Shown: piece by piece, positions 25,937 to 38,988 of the stretch | How positions within the stretch are numbered: the stretch's first letter is position 1 | Layout of the letters: each line of letters opens with the position of its first letter | Source: Amoeboaphelidium protococcarum X5 | Lineage: Eukaryota; Fungi; Aphelidiomycota | Direction: 5' to 3' | Length of the DNA stretch: 64,000 nt | Assembly: GCA_023515725.1 (NCBI GenBank) | Contig: JALDTO010000098.1 | Span: forward strand, 522,164-586,163 | Position numbers and translations under genes: made by a program | Notes under the pieces: generated by a model | What the model saw: only the letters and a program-made list of their open reading frames with translations | Databases searched by the model: none | What the model was told of the DNA's origin: nothing

Positions 25937-27028
25937 ATGTTGAAGCGACTGTATAGTGCACAAGCTAGTAAAGCGCCGTTGAGCGGCATGTTGAAGCGAT
26001 AGAAAGTTACGCTGGACCATGTGTAAAAGTTGTATCGCGATAGGACACCTATAGCCATGTTGACTGCCACTGATTATCCATCCGCTCGGCTATGTGAGCT
26101 TCCGTATTAACAATATAAGAATCTGAATCCGAGCATTGATCCGTGTATAGATATTGTTCTAGTTGGAGATTCTCTCGCAATGGTTGATCTGGGTCATGAT
26201 GACACTGTTGAAGTAACTCTGGATTAAATGATACATCACTCCAAGGCGGTAAGGAGAGGTATAAGCAGACTGCTCCTCGTAACAGATATGCCCTTTGGAA
26301 CATATAAAGTATGCGAAAAGTTAGCACTTTAGAATGCTTACCGTCTATGTCAGGAAGCTGCAGTTGATGCAGTCAAGGTAGAAGGTGGTATTGGAGATGG
26401 CGTTGATGCAATTGTCAGAAATCTGGTTCGCGGTGGTGTAGCCACAATGGCACATGTAGGACTAACACCACAGACTTATAAAATATCTAGCGGTTACAAA
26501 GCACAAGGCACATCTGCCAAAAAGGCATTCGACATATTTCTAGACTCTATCGCATTATAAGATGCAGGTGCATTCAGCATAGTTCTGGAATGTGTTCCTC
26601 ATAGAGTTGCTCAAATGATTAGTCAAAATATATCCATACCCACTATTGGGATTGGAGCAGGTTCGTCAATTTCTCAATACAATTAAGATAATAATGGATC
26701 TGTAAATGGACAGGTGTTGGTTCAGTCTGATATGCTTGGCATATACGGGTATGAGCCAACTGGAAATGAACTCTCCCTAGATAAATCTGAGAACGGCTAG
26801 TTCAACTTTAGTCAGTAGAACAAGATCTCTATGCCAAAGTTTTGTACTCAATTCGCACCAATAGGTGAAATATCTCATTATGCCATCACCGAGTATGCGT
26901 ATAAGGTCAAATCTGGCTCATTTCCCAATAATGCTCAACACGGCTTCAAGATTCAAGACAAAGAATTTGATAAGTTCGCGTCTTAAGTGGAAAAGTACAA
27001 GAACCGGCTCAATATATAGACTGTTTGA
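25937..27028 (+). CDS. panB: 3-methyl-2-oxobutanoate hydroxymethyltransferase (PanB/Ecm31), mitochondrial
   Basis: [49 protein letters not shown]. Confidence 0.93.
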
Positions 27029-27292
27029 TAACTATCAAAATTTTCAACTGTATCAACCTTTATCAGTCTCTCCTTACATACACCGATGGGCTCAAACAAC
27101 ATCAATAACTTCATTAATGCGCATGAAATTCAAACATCGATCGATCCAAGCCGAGCGCGTTTCTTCTCACACGAATCTCTCTGAAACATCATCAGCACCT
27201 GTGACTCTCTTGTCTGCTACTATTTCTTTACACTGCACATATTATTAGTATATATTTATCGCGGTATCGTTTTGTGTAATTTTGATTTGAAT

Positions 27293-28738
<1,446 letters not shown>

Positions 28739-28763
28739 GAATGTTGAGTACTAATATTTATTA

Positions 28764-30497
28764 TCACTGTATATCCATTTCATATTCTTGTTAGTCAGAC
28801 TAGTCTTTGGTTTGCATCAAGTTCTGAGCCAATACTTCCGAGTCAAACCGCCCCTTCTTATCAAACAACTTTATCTACTTACCCAATAGATTACAGCACA
28901 GTTTTCTTTTTGTTCCAGCGGTGGTAGAATCTATGGAATCTAGCGATATGTCAACATGAATTTGTCGCGGAGTAGACTGCAGCAATAAACGGGCAAGATC
29001 CCGATTGAAAACTTCCTCTCTGCTGACGCGATACTCTGGTTCAATCTGTGCCTCCGGATCCATTTAATCACAGAGTGGCTACAAGAATGCCTAAATATTA
29101 CAATCGGGAACTTTTAGATCACCTTCCTTCAATCTCCAAAGCTTATGCAGCTATGCAGTGCCCATGTTAAACCGTGCCTTGTAAATCTAAGGAGACGCCA
29201 GAGGTAACATCTCAAGCATATCAGATGGCGGCTTTTCATATGACGGACATTGTTCTGATTTCCACTGTATCCACTGATCTTCCTACTTGAATACCAGCCT
29301 CAAAAAACTTCCATAAGAATTGTATTTGACGGAGCGATTAAAAGAATTTAATATCGCAATGGCCAGCGAGTCAATCCAATCCAGTTCCTTCTTGTCATCC
29401 TTGGAAGGACTAGCCGAATGCTATTACTTGGCTGTAGTAAAATGATTACGTAGATATCTCAGAAATATCAATGATTAAGTTAGAATCTGAGCAATAAAGA
29501 TATCATCGACCATTTACAGATCAAATACAGACTTGGAAGTAAGATATTTTTAGGTATAGTTACAGCCACTATCTCCATTAGATTTGGCATTGGCACCCTG
29601 ATTCATAGCCGCCACCAAGTTCCTAACAACAACTTCCAGCACGCGCTTCATCTGAACATACGATTTCTGAGATGAATAGGTAACACCGGCCGATGCTTAT
29701 GGACAAAACTTGGGAGGATTAGAAAAGAACTCCTAACATCGCCAGAGGAGAGCGTATAGAGCGGCATTATCTGGATCGTCTGTGGTGGTGCTCATGTCTA
29801 ATGGAACATCCATTCCATCGTAAGACGTGACATTATCAGTGTGAAACGCGCGCCCGAGATTCAGACCGCTGCGATCATTCGTAGGAAAGACATTGGCGAG
29901 CAGCATCAGAATCTTGCCGCAGCTTTGAGCGTCTCGTTCGCTGATCGAAGAAACGCGTCGGAGAAGTTCATTGCAAAGACGAAGTAATACCAACGAGCCG
30001 CCTCTGTTTGGCTACAATTTTTTGGTGACTTTCTTAAGATTAGTAATTATAAAATCGATAATCCGGATACCAATATCATTATCAGATATATCCACAGTCC
30101 ATTCAGCCAAATAAAGGAAACATTAATCACTGACGAGGCCATCATCTTGCACCAGGAGAACCAAGTCTAGAATTCGCACCAGTTGATCCGCGTCATTCTA
30201 CTGTTCCATAATCATTTCTCTAATTGCAATTTCAAACCATATGCTGGTATAACAAGGTTGTTGTACTTGAGATAATGGTAGTTAACTTATAGATATAGGA
30301 GATGTGGTGGCTATTTCGGAACTTATGCTGTCTTGTCTACTAACACTGATGCTATTCACTCCAATACTGGATAACTTCAGATAATCGCAAAGTTATTCTA
30401 GGACTGATTAACAATCATCGCTCTTTTCTTCATTGAGGTACTCATCTAAAAGCTATCTGTAAATAGAAAGCTACTTCTTATGACATGTGACGCGCAT
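28764..30497 (-). CDS. THOC1: THO complex subunit 1 (Hpr1/THOC1)
   Basis: LLRLCNELLRRVS, CGKILMLLANVFP..DRSGLNL, KYLTSKSVFDLQ, WIQWKSEQCPSYEKP, MGTAQLHKLW. Confidence 0.85.
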
Positions 30498-30876
30498 TTC
30501 CTCTAAAATTTTGTCGAGTACAGTAAATTAATGATGGTTCCAACAAGAAGAGTTGACGAAGAAATTAACAAGACGTCTCACGCGTTTAATCAGCCACTGA
30601 GAAATATTCGCCGCTTAGATTTACATGGCGATTATCTTGTGCTACAAGTTGGCGCACTACCTTTATTTATACACTGCCACTATATGCAAAAGATTTCGAA
30701 AACGAATTAAGTTATTCATCCCCGTCTTATTCATGCCTCTGGAAACGTGAGTGGCGCGACTTGTCTCAACTTTATACATCCCCTTCTATTCTTCCCCTTT
30801 ACTAAAAACATCAATGCAATATGCATAATTTCAAATTATATAATAGTGCGCTAAGTAGAACTAAGAACAGAAAGTC

Positions 30877-31119
30877 TCAACGTATCGAAGTATCCGGTGA
30901 AGGCAACTACCTACCTAGCGCTACACGTGTTGGTTGTTCCTGGCAAGTTATCACTCCAATATACCAATAGGAGACAATGAAATTGCCATAAGGATCAGTT
31001 ACAGTATCAACGTAGCTATTCCAGTTGTTTGATAGCGTGCCCACCCAAAGGACGTTGGCATATTGACCCACCACAGCCGTTGCAAGGCAGCAGACGATGA
31101 GGATCACAGACATAAGCAT
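30877..31119 (-). CDS. Small secreted orphan protein or truncated beta-propeller-repeat fragment (80 aa)
   Basis: Clear signal peptide MLMSVILIVCCLATAVVG-Q, then LWVGTL...VTDPYGNFIVS; ends at TGA 30877. Confidence 0.45.
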
Positions 31120-31946
31120 TAGTTTTGTAAGATCAGATTGAATTGGTCACTAGATTCAGTTCAGATAAGAAAATACCTATTGAAATCAGCTACAGTAGAT
31201 TAAGATCAGGGGACATGCGTGGGTACGAAGATCTGTAATCAATGCATCATCATCAGGCTAAATTTAGCATTTCCAGAATATTCTGCTACCGCAGGCATAA
31301 TTTATCTCCAAGATGATTTGATCAATGGATTGCCGTTGTGATATATCACTTTGAATCAAATTAATAGCATGGACAAGTTCCGTCAAAGTCTGAAGTAAAA
31401 GAATTAACATTTTGAGTACTACAGTGGTGGTGCTCCATGCATTATGCTGTTCATAAGGCTCTTAGGGCCACTTGTCTTACGGTAACATAAGCCCGTTCAA
31501 AGTCCTATGTTGAAATGGATAAATCACAAATATCAACAGAACTGACGTGTTAGCTGTTTAATGCCACTCTGGATATAGTAGCAGTGTTGTTACGTGAGAT
31601 TAATCACGTTATTAATCGTATTTGACAAAACAGCGCCCATTTATCAATCAAAGAACTATGACCATACAAACATTAATTTGGATTAACATCACAGCCTTAT
31701 TAAAGTTTACAGTGCCTTAATCCGTAATAAATCATGCACAGGCTTCTCATCATTGGACATGTGGGTTAATCGATCATTGGTACACTTTAAAAAAGCTCCA
31801 GCAATCTTTTCATTGGGGTCCCCACATAGCCCCTTAATAGCAGAGTAACAGTATAGTACGAGCATAACGATAAGCAATTACAAAACACTTCTATGATTTA
31901 GTGATCAGATGTTAAGCAAGGCGCAATAGAGTCTCTTGCAAGACCT

Positions 31947-34177
31947 TCATATGGACATCACGAACTCCTTGTATAGTGTCTAATCCGCTTAGTTCGCAGT
32001 AATCAATTTCACTTCTTCCTTAGAAAAACGTCGAGACATAACATTATATGATCCAACATTATCCCGATATGCACGAAAATCACCCAACATGAAGTACTCA
32101 TCAGCACCAAGACAGTTATGTAGCACATTCTGAAACGGATGTTGTTTCGACGTAAACTCCTCCGTTGTCACGAGCACTTACTTTCCAGATCTAAATATAT
32201 TAGCTTATGCCATTGCAATAAGTTTCATACGACACTTGTAATGGCTAAACGCCAATAGAGTCTTCCGCGTATTTTTATGGAGAATATCCCAGAATTTTAT
32301 TAACCACGCGAGTGTGTTACCAGTACATCGGCCGTATCACTTAGAACGGGAGGTAGATTCAAACGCTTTCTCCGTTTCTTCACCATCTTAATAGTCAGAA
32401 ACTCGGGAAGAATGATTAGATCATAATGCCGCATCAAAAAGTTGCCAATTCGGTTATGCAAATTCGATACATATGCAGAGAATTTGGTGTAAGCACGACT
32501 AATGCCAATATCAGTGGGAACAACATTATTCTTTGATTACTTCCATGTGTGCCATAATTCTTTCTTCTACGCTTTAAACTCCTCCAGACTCAATTGTCCA
32601 TTCTGTAAAGCAGCTGCGCGATTATCCATCTAATCTTTCAGAGACTATGCATTGGAAATCTGTTCACTCTTATTCTTATAAAGCTACTTGAAATCAGGCG
32701 CAATCGCAATGAATGACCTGCGATCCAAATCGAAGACGGTCATGCTCACTCTAACACCTGGATCCACCGAGCAAGTGTTTCCAGTTTAACGGCAACGCGC
32801 ATCACGGCGGCTTATAAATGATCTAGCACCTTCAAGATTCTCATCTGCATTATTCATATCTTGCAGTTGCTAGTAATACCAATGAGTGAATGGACCTTAT
32901 ATACAGGAGGCATCATACGAAACAATCACAAAGAACTTTTTTCTTCTTTTCACGAGCTTGAACTCTCTTCCTCAGCCATAGCCAAACTTGATGAAACGGG
33001 GCCAGTAGTCAATCTTGCCAGGCTCTTAGAATAGAGGATCTTTGGCATACAGTTTCCCAAAGCTCTTGAGGAATGAAGGCAGTAGGCGGACGCGATTGCT
33101 ATCTGGATCTACACGGGCATCTTACGCTTGAAACTGGAGCATCTAAAACTAATCATCATCTCTATTTGGCATAAAGTTGTAGTCTTTGATATCACCCTTT
33201 GTATACTTCTCATGAGCCGCATAGTAATACGTGCGAGTCGCATTAATAATCTCATCTTGCACTGTAGATGGCATTCGCATCCAACGCAATCTTGGGTCGT
33301 CATCAGGCACGCGGCACTTTTTGGCTTTGACTTAACTTAGCGCAACATGGTTCCTTAGCGCTTGTATTGACACCTTTTCTCCTTAATCTCTTGAATCATT
33401 CAAAAAGTTAATGATGAAATTGACCATTTGAAACTTGAGATCCAGCCATTCATTGAATTTGTGTATGAACTTCTTATCAGGGAATATACGAATATTAATC
33501 GAGCGTATCTGATCATACTGATTCAGTTCGGCAATCTCTCGCCGATTTTTCATCTTGCCGATTTTTGGTTTCATGTTTTCCAACGCCACTAGAGATTATT
33601 CCGAAAGCTGTAGCACTTTCTTCTTCTTCTTCTTCTTCAAACTCTTAGATGACGACTATTACTGCTTAGATTTCCATTTAGCCATTAGAGAGTCTGTATC
33701 TGATGCAATCTACTGATTCCGCATTTTGGATTCAATGATATTCTCAATTTAATGCTGCACCTGACTAAAACTTTACTTCTCCTGGCTCTCACTTACGTTT
33801 TGTCCCATGTCTTTACGATTCAAATTAGGATTGAACTTTGCTGTTAAGGAGTGTTCTGTTTATTAAGATTACGGTATTTGCCAGTCCTTGTCAGTGCATT
33901 TTAACAACAGTCGTTAATTGAACGCGTCTGTGTTGCCATTCCAAACATAATGTCCAAACCATTCAGATTTAGTATTATACCAAGGGGCAAATACTGGAGC
34001 AAATGCGGCAAATGATGATGCGCCAAGTTCTTTGACTATCCGAATATCAACTTCATTGATCACCTTAGCACACACGGAGAGAAATCCGGGAATATCTTGA
34101 TGATATGCTTAAGTTTTGAAATCTTCTAGTGCTGTCTTTGCAGCCGCAGATAATTCACGTTTTTGGCTTGGCTACAT
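31947..34177 (-). pseudogene. Fanzor2 / IS607-type TnpB-like RNA-guided endonuclease gene, disrupted (in-frame TGA at 32972-32974; -1 frameshift within 32283-32336)
   Basis: About 740 codons with TAR=Gln: FAPWYN..W.W, IRSINIRIFP, RuvC-I CSVDPGVRVSMTVFD, LHNRIGNFLMRHYDLIILPEF, LLAFSHYKCRMKL, VTTEEFTSK, RuvC-III YRDNVGSYNV. Confidence 0.85.
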
Positions 34178-34728
34178 TTTCAAATGATCAGTATTGCGAT
34201 GAAAGAATTAGAACACTGTCAGTAAGCATTGAATACAATGCAATGATGAGATGTGACACGACCAGTCATCATTTCATTGTGATATCAATGAGGATGGTCG
34301 CAGCTTTAAACCACTCAGGAGTTATTGGTATTGTTAAGGTATTGAGACAAGCTCAGAAGATTGGCAAGTAAGTAAACAAGTAATTAGATTATTGACTTGT
34401 ATTGAAGAGTATGTAAAAATATATAGAATCTCATTGATAATCGTATTTAAAATAAGACTAACTATCATACAAATACTTTATGGATAAAAAATTTCAAAAG
34501 GACTTGGTGCACGAATGATTGATCCGCCGCTTTTTTACTGTAATCAAAACACGTGTTTTAAGGTAAGCATCATCCGTTTCAATGACGTAGCTGAATCATT
34601 GCTGCGTGGTATAAAGTTCCCGTTTCGATTGCGTCACTTCTACTTATGATTGTCTTTACATTATAACTTTTACTCTCTCAATTTACAATATTTGATATAT
34701 ATATATATCATCAAGCTAAACGAACGTT

Positions 34729-35529
34729 ATGAATACCGTAATGATACCTATCGCTTTGGCCTTGTTGGCTTCGGTGCTTGCTGTTCCTACAGTCTCAGAT
34801 ATCAATGACGCAGTTGGTCTTGATTACTCCCAGTCTCCCCCTGATCAGTGCCCACCTACTGGTTTGCGCTCAGTTCCAAACTTGAACTTGACTGCCTACA
34901 CATATGACCGTTGGTTTATCCAGTATCAGACTGCCAACTCTTACCAGTCTCCAGATCAGTTGTTTTGTGTGTCTGCATACTACAAGATTCAGTCTGTCGG
35001 CCAGGATCCTTCCTGGTACAACTCCTTCTTCAGATGGATCAGATATGGCCCGGGTGTAACCACTATTGATGTGTACAACTATGCTAATCGTGGCGTGAAT
35101 GGTGAAGTTACTCAAGGTAATCTGTCAGCTATTGCACTTGACGCGTAGAACAATCCTGGAGACCTGTTAGTTGGTCCTGGGTTCCTTCCTCGCTGGTTAT
35201 ATGGTCCTTACACTATTGTGGCTGCATATCCCGGACCGGATAGATATGACTGGGCTATTATTAGTGGAGGTCTACCTAAGAATAAGAATGCTACTACTGG
35301 ATACTGCAGTACTAAAAGCGCTGCATCTTCCACTGTTTTTGACAATGGAAACGATCAAGGATTTTGGTTCTTCCACCGCAAACAAGTAGCATCTACATCT
35401 GAGATTGACTCAATGTTCAAAACTGCCAAGGCTTTGGGATATGAGACTGGTAACTTGATTAAGGTGTAGCAAGACGGTTGTGAGTACAAGAATATCCAGT
35501 TTGGCGTTGATCCTACTTCTTCAAAGTGA
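34729..35529 (+). CDS. Secreted lipocalin-like protein
   Basis: 266 aa; signal peptide; CPPTGLRSVPNLNLTAY..RWFIQYQ (SCR1-like), FCVSAYY, GPYTIVA..YDWAIISGG, GFWFFHRK (SCR3-like), LIKVQQDGCEY. Confidence 0.8.
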
Positions 35530-35632
35530 TTTTGAATCACTTTGTCGCTATTATTGTATTTGAAATGAAGAATGAATGAATGAAGGAAATGTAATACTAT
35601 TACAAAGATATTAAATTTTTATAAAAATTTAT

Positions 35633-36856
35633 TCATTCTATCACTGCAGTAGCATAGTTGAGCACCGCGCGGATTCCATTGATCCCTTTCAAGATTAGCT
35701 CCATTGAAGGCTTTTCACTTTGTTAAATCAGCTCAATCTCGGCACTAAATTGAGATACAGCAGCATCGTGAATGCTTTATAACTCAACAGTACCACATTT
35801 CAAGTCTTTACATAGAGCCAGTAATCTCTCAATCTTGAATATCAAATGTCGATTCAATCTTCCATCCGAAATCCAACCATCGCTATCAATATTCTAAATG
35901 TCCATAATCAAAGTTATGATTTCTCCTCGCACAGCTTCATCTTGGAGCTTATTCATGCCACCTGCGTTAGGGATATACGGTTTAGCATTATTATCTCCAT
36001 CATAAAAGGATTAAGTAACCACATGATGTGATGCACTCAGCATTGAAGGCACTCTGACTTGAATAGATTCTCGATTGATTGACGGGTCAATGAAAGACTC
36101 TCTAGCAGCATCTTGGAAATTGTAAGAGGCAAACTAAGAATTCGGGCGATCTTAACCAAGTGCAGACAGTGTGAGAGGAGACGTGTTAAAGCGCGTTAGT
36201 CTAAATGATTTCTTCACAGCGGGAGGCAAAGTCTCTTCATAATCCGGCTATTATAGTGCAGATGTACTGAGAGACTTTGTAACGAGCATGTTCTTTTTAA
36301 TCTATGTTGTCCAAAAATATCCGGTGATCCCATTCAAAAGTTTAAGCCAGCACTCAGTCTCCTGAATTGACTCGCTGACAATGTACATCTCGAAAATGCC
36401 ATTAACTTCACCGGCATTACACCTGATCATCAGCAGGTCTCCCTGCACGGAGGCATATCGTGCCCGATTGAAAGCATTGGCCAGCGAAGACATAAAGCCA
36501 GTCTATTCTTTACACTCATTCTGCAGAATATCAAAATCTTCGGCAAGTGTACGATTCTTAACGCGTCTAATACTATCCAGCTGGTGAGCATTGATCTAAC
36601 AAATTGGTAAGTGATTAGATTCGGCTGAAACAGCAGCAGACTTGTAAACTGATAATTTTTCAGACACTTCATCCCATCTGAGGTGCATCCTCTTCCAACT
36701 TGCCTGTTGATTAACAACATCAATCAGCTGTTTCAGCCATAGATTTGAGACTTTTGTATCAGAGCGTATCGAGACATTGTTAAATCTTGCATATACATAT
36801 CCCTGGTATCCCTGAGGCAGATTATTGATACTTCCACTATTTTTTCGCGCCCACAT
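35633..36856 (-). CDS. Hypothetical protein with N-terminal PH-like domain
   Basis: 407 aa open with TAR=Gln; YQGYVY...SWKRMHL...LSVYKS...MYIVSESIQETECWLKLL fits a PH fold. Confidence 0.6.
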
Positions 36857-37005
36857 GTATTTATATTCTATCGCAATAACTTGGATTAATTATTTATGGA
36901 AAAAGTCATTTATCAACAAATCTATTTATATATAGTTGATTGCATGAACGGACAATATCGGAGAGTTGATGGTATGACGTTATTTTCAGCTTCTCCGACC
37001 TAAAG

Positions 37006-38092
37006 ATGGCATCTTAAACAGAGTTCACATTCAACGGCTTCCTCGCTGGCATATTATCTGGTAGGATACTATCATAAATAAATATTGAATTCCCCTATTA
37101 TTTTATCGAAAGAGTATGTAGGTATAACCAAGCTGTTTGTCGGTCAACCATTTGATACGATCAAAGTTAGGATGCAGACTTAAACGGGAGGGTTCAACTC
37201 GTCCACTCTCAATGCCGCCCGGTAGACTCTGATCAAGGAAGGTCTGCGAGGATTTTATAAAGGAAGCTCGCCCCCACTCTTTGGATGGATACTCATGGAT
37301 AGCGTCGGTCTGGGTAGTTTGGAGAATTATCGGAGGATGCTGCGGCAGTATAATGTCAATAATGGTCACCGGTTGGATTCTTCGCTCTCTTACCTACAAC
37401 ACGGAATCGCCGGAACTCTGTCTGGATTGACGGTCACATTTGTCGCCACTCCCATTGAACTTCTCAAGGCCCAGATGCAGATACAGTATAGCACTGATAC
37501 CACAATATATCGATCGCCACTCCACTGTGCGTAGTACATCCTGAAGAATGATGGAATACTTGGCATGTGGCGAGGATTGAGTGGGAATTTTTTATTCAGA
37601 GGTCAATTCTGCTTCGTGTGGTCTTCATATCAATACTTTTATGACTGGATAAAGTAGTCTGACATTGTTTCATCCTAATTTATACCGCTGATATGTGGTG
37701 GTTTATCTGCCAACACTTTTTGGTGTATAGCTTTCCCTGGTAAGATTATAATCATCAATTGAGATTGGGTATCTATAATCATTCGACTTCAATCAATGTA
37801 GCTGATGTTATAAAGAATAGAATGATGTGCGCAGACTTGCGATAAAGGCGATATTTGACGGTGGTTGAAGTGGCAAAACAGGTTTACAAAAGTGGTAAGA
37901 TATTGCTCTTGAAAACTTCATTCATGCATAGGCGCGTATTCACTCATTATTGAACGTGTAGGAGGAGTCAAAGCATTTTATCGCGGATTTCTGCCCTGTA
38001 TTCTGAGATCATTTCCAACCAACGGAGCCGCTTTATATGTGTATCATCTAGTATTCAATGTGTTAGAATATTAATAATAATAATAACCGTGA
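37006..38092 (+). CDS. Mitochondrial carrier family protein (carnitine/ornithine/Ymc-like); introns 37061-37121, 37740-37801, 37895-37961
   Basis: PFDTIKVRMQ, PIELLKAQMQ and PADVIKNRM carrier signatures; FYRGFLPCILRSFPTNG. Confidence 0.9.
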
Positions 38093-38184
38093 TGAGATTT
38101 AACTTGATCAGTCATTTGTTGAATCACTTGAGCTTACACTTTTACTCCTGATGATGAAGTTCAAACTTCTCTTCTCCTTTGAAA

Positions 38185-38988
38185 ATGCATTTCTTTATTG
38201 TCAATATCATCTTGACTTTTTTACTAGGAATTGATTTAATCATCATTGGAATATCTGCTTAGAATATGAATACTTTCTCAATTTAAAGACCGTATAAACT
38301 AGAGTCGTCGATGATGAGTGGATGTAATGCGAAAGATGTGATGATCCATGTGACAACAGAGAAGACTATACCGAAGGTTAATGAACTGTAGACTGCACTC
38401 GCAAACACCCAGTTTACCATTAAATATCAATCTGAGGCATGGAAAGAGTCTTATCCAATGTAGAATGAATTAATTTTGAGTTAGAAGAATGGCGATGTGG
38501 TGGAGATCAAGTTATGGGAACAGGTGATTGACATTGTAAGAAAGCAGTTGAATTTGATGGGATTTGAAGAGCTGGATGGACAGTCAGTCGCTGGTATTTA
38601 GCAATAATAGTAATAACAATAATAGTTATCAACCCAACCACCATTAGAGTATCAAATGCATAGTATGAGTGATACTGAAAAGCCATAGGATCAAGTGGAT
38701 AGTCAGTTCCTGTCATTTGTTTTATATGTTGATACCCCTCAACAAGATTAGGTATCACAGCATCTTCAGTAATCTTTGAAGGAGTTGTCCTCTAATAATA
38801 ATTCAGGACTTTAATTCAAGTCAGCTGAGCCTCAGTGGGATAGTTAATGGCTGGATACCAATCCGAGACTGTAGACCTATTATCTGTTGAGATTCCCTTC
38901 AGATGCCAGCCAAGTTTAAATTGGACGCGACTGTGACACTTTTAAAGCTTATCTGGAGCAAGTGATGGGATTCACTCAGGTTGGTTGA
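38185..38988 (+). CDS. Orphan secreted protein with poly-Gln tract; 3' end uncertain (possible frameshift)
   Basis: Hydrophobic N-terminus MHFFIVNIILTFLLGIDLIIIGISA; 267 codons open with TAR=Gln. Confidence 0.5.

Noticed and set aside
31130-31950. CRISPR-like repeat-spacer array downstream of the nuclease
   Set aside because: Only 7-mer recurrences (TCATTGG) with irregular spacing; no repeats of 20 nt or more.
32283-33050. Introns explaining the TGA and frameshift in the Fanzor-like gene
   Set aside because: A GTATG donor-like site exists near 33050, but no TGTAG-type acceptor follows. The only AG near the frameshift (32340) would lead straight into an in-frame TGA.
30500-34720. Terminal inverted repeats, target-site duplication or IS607 TnpA recombinase around the Fanzor-like gene
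   Set aside because: None recognisable by eye; AAAACACGTGTTTT (~34546-34559) is only a short palindrome or E-box.
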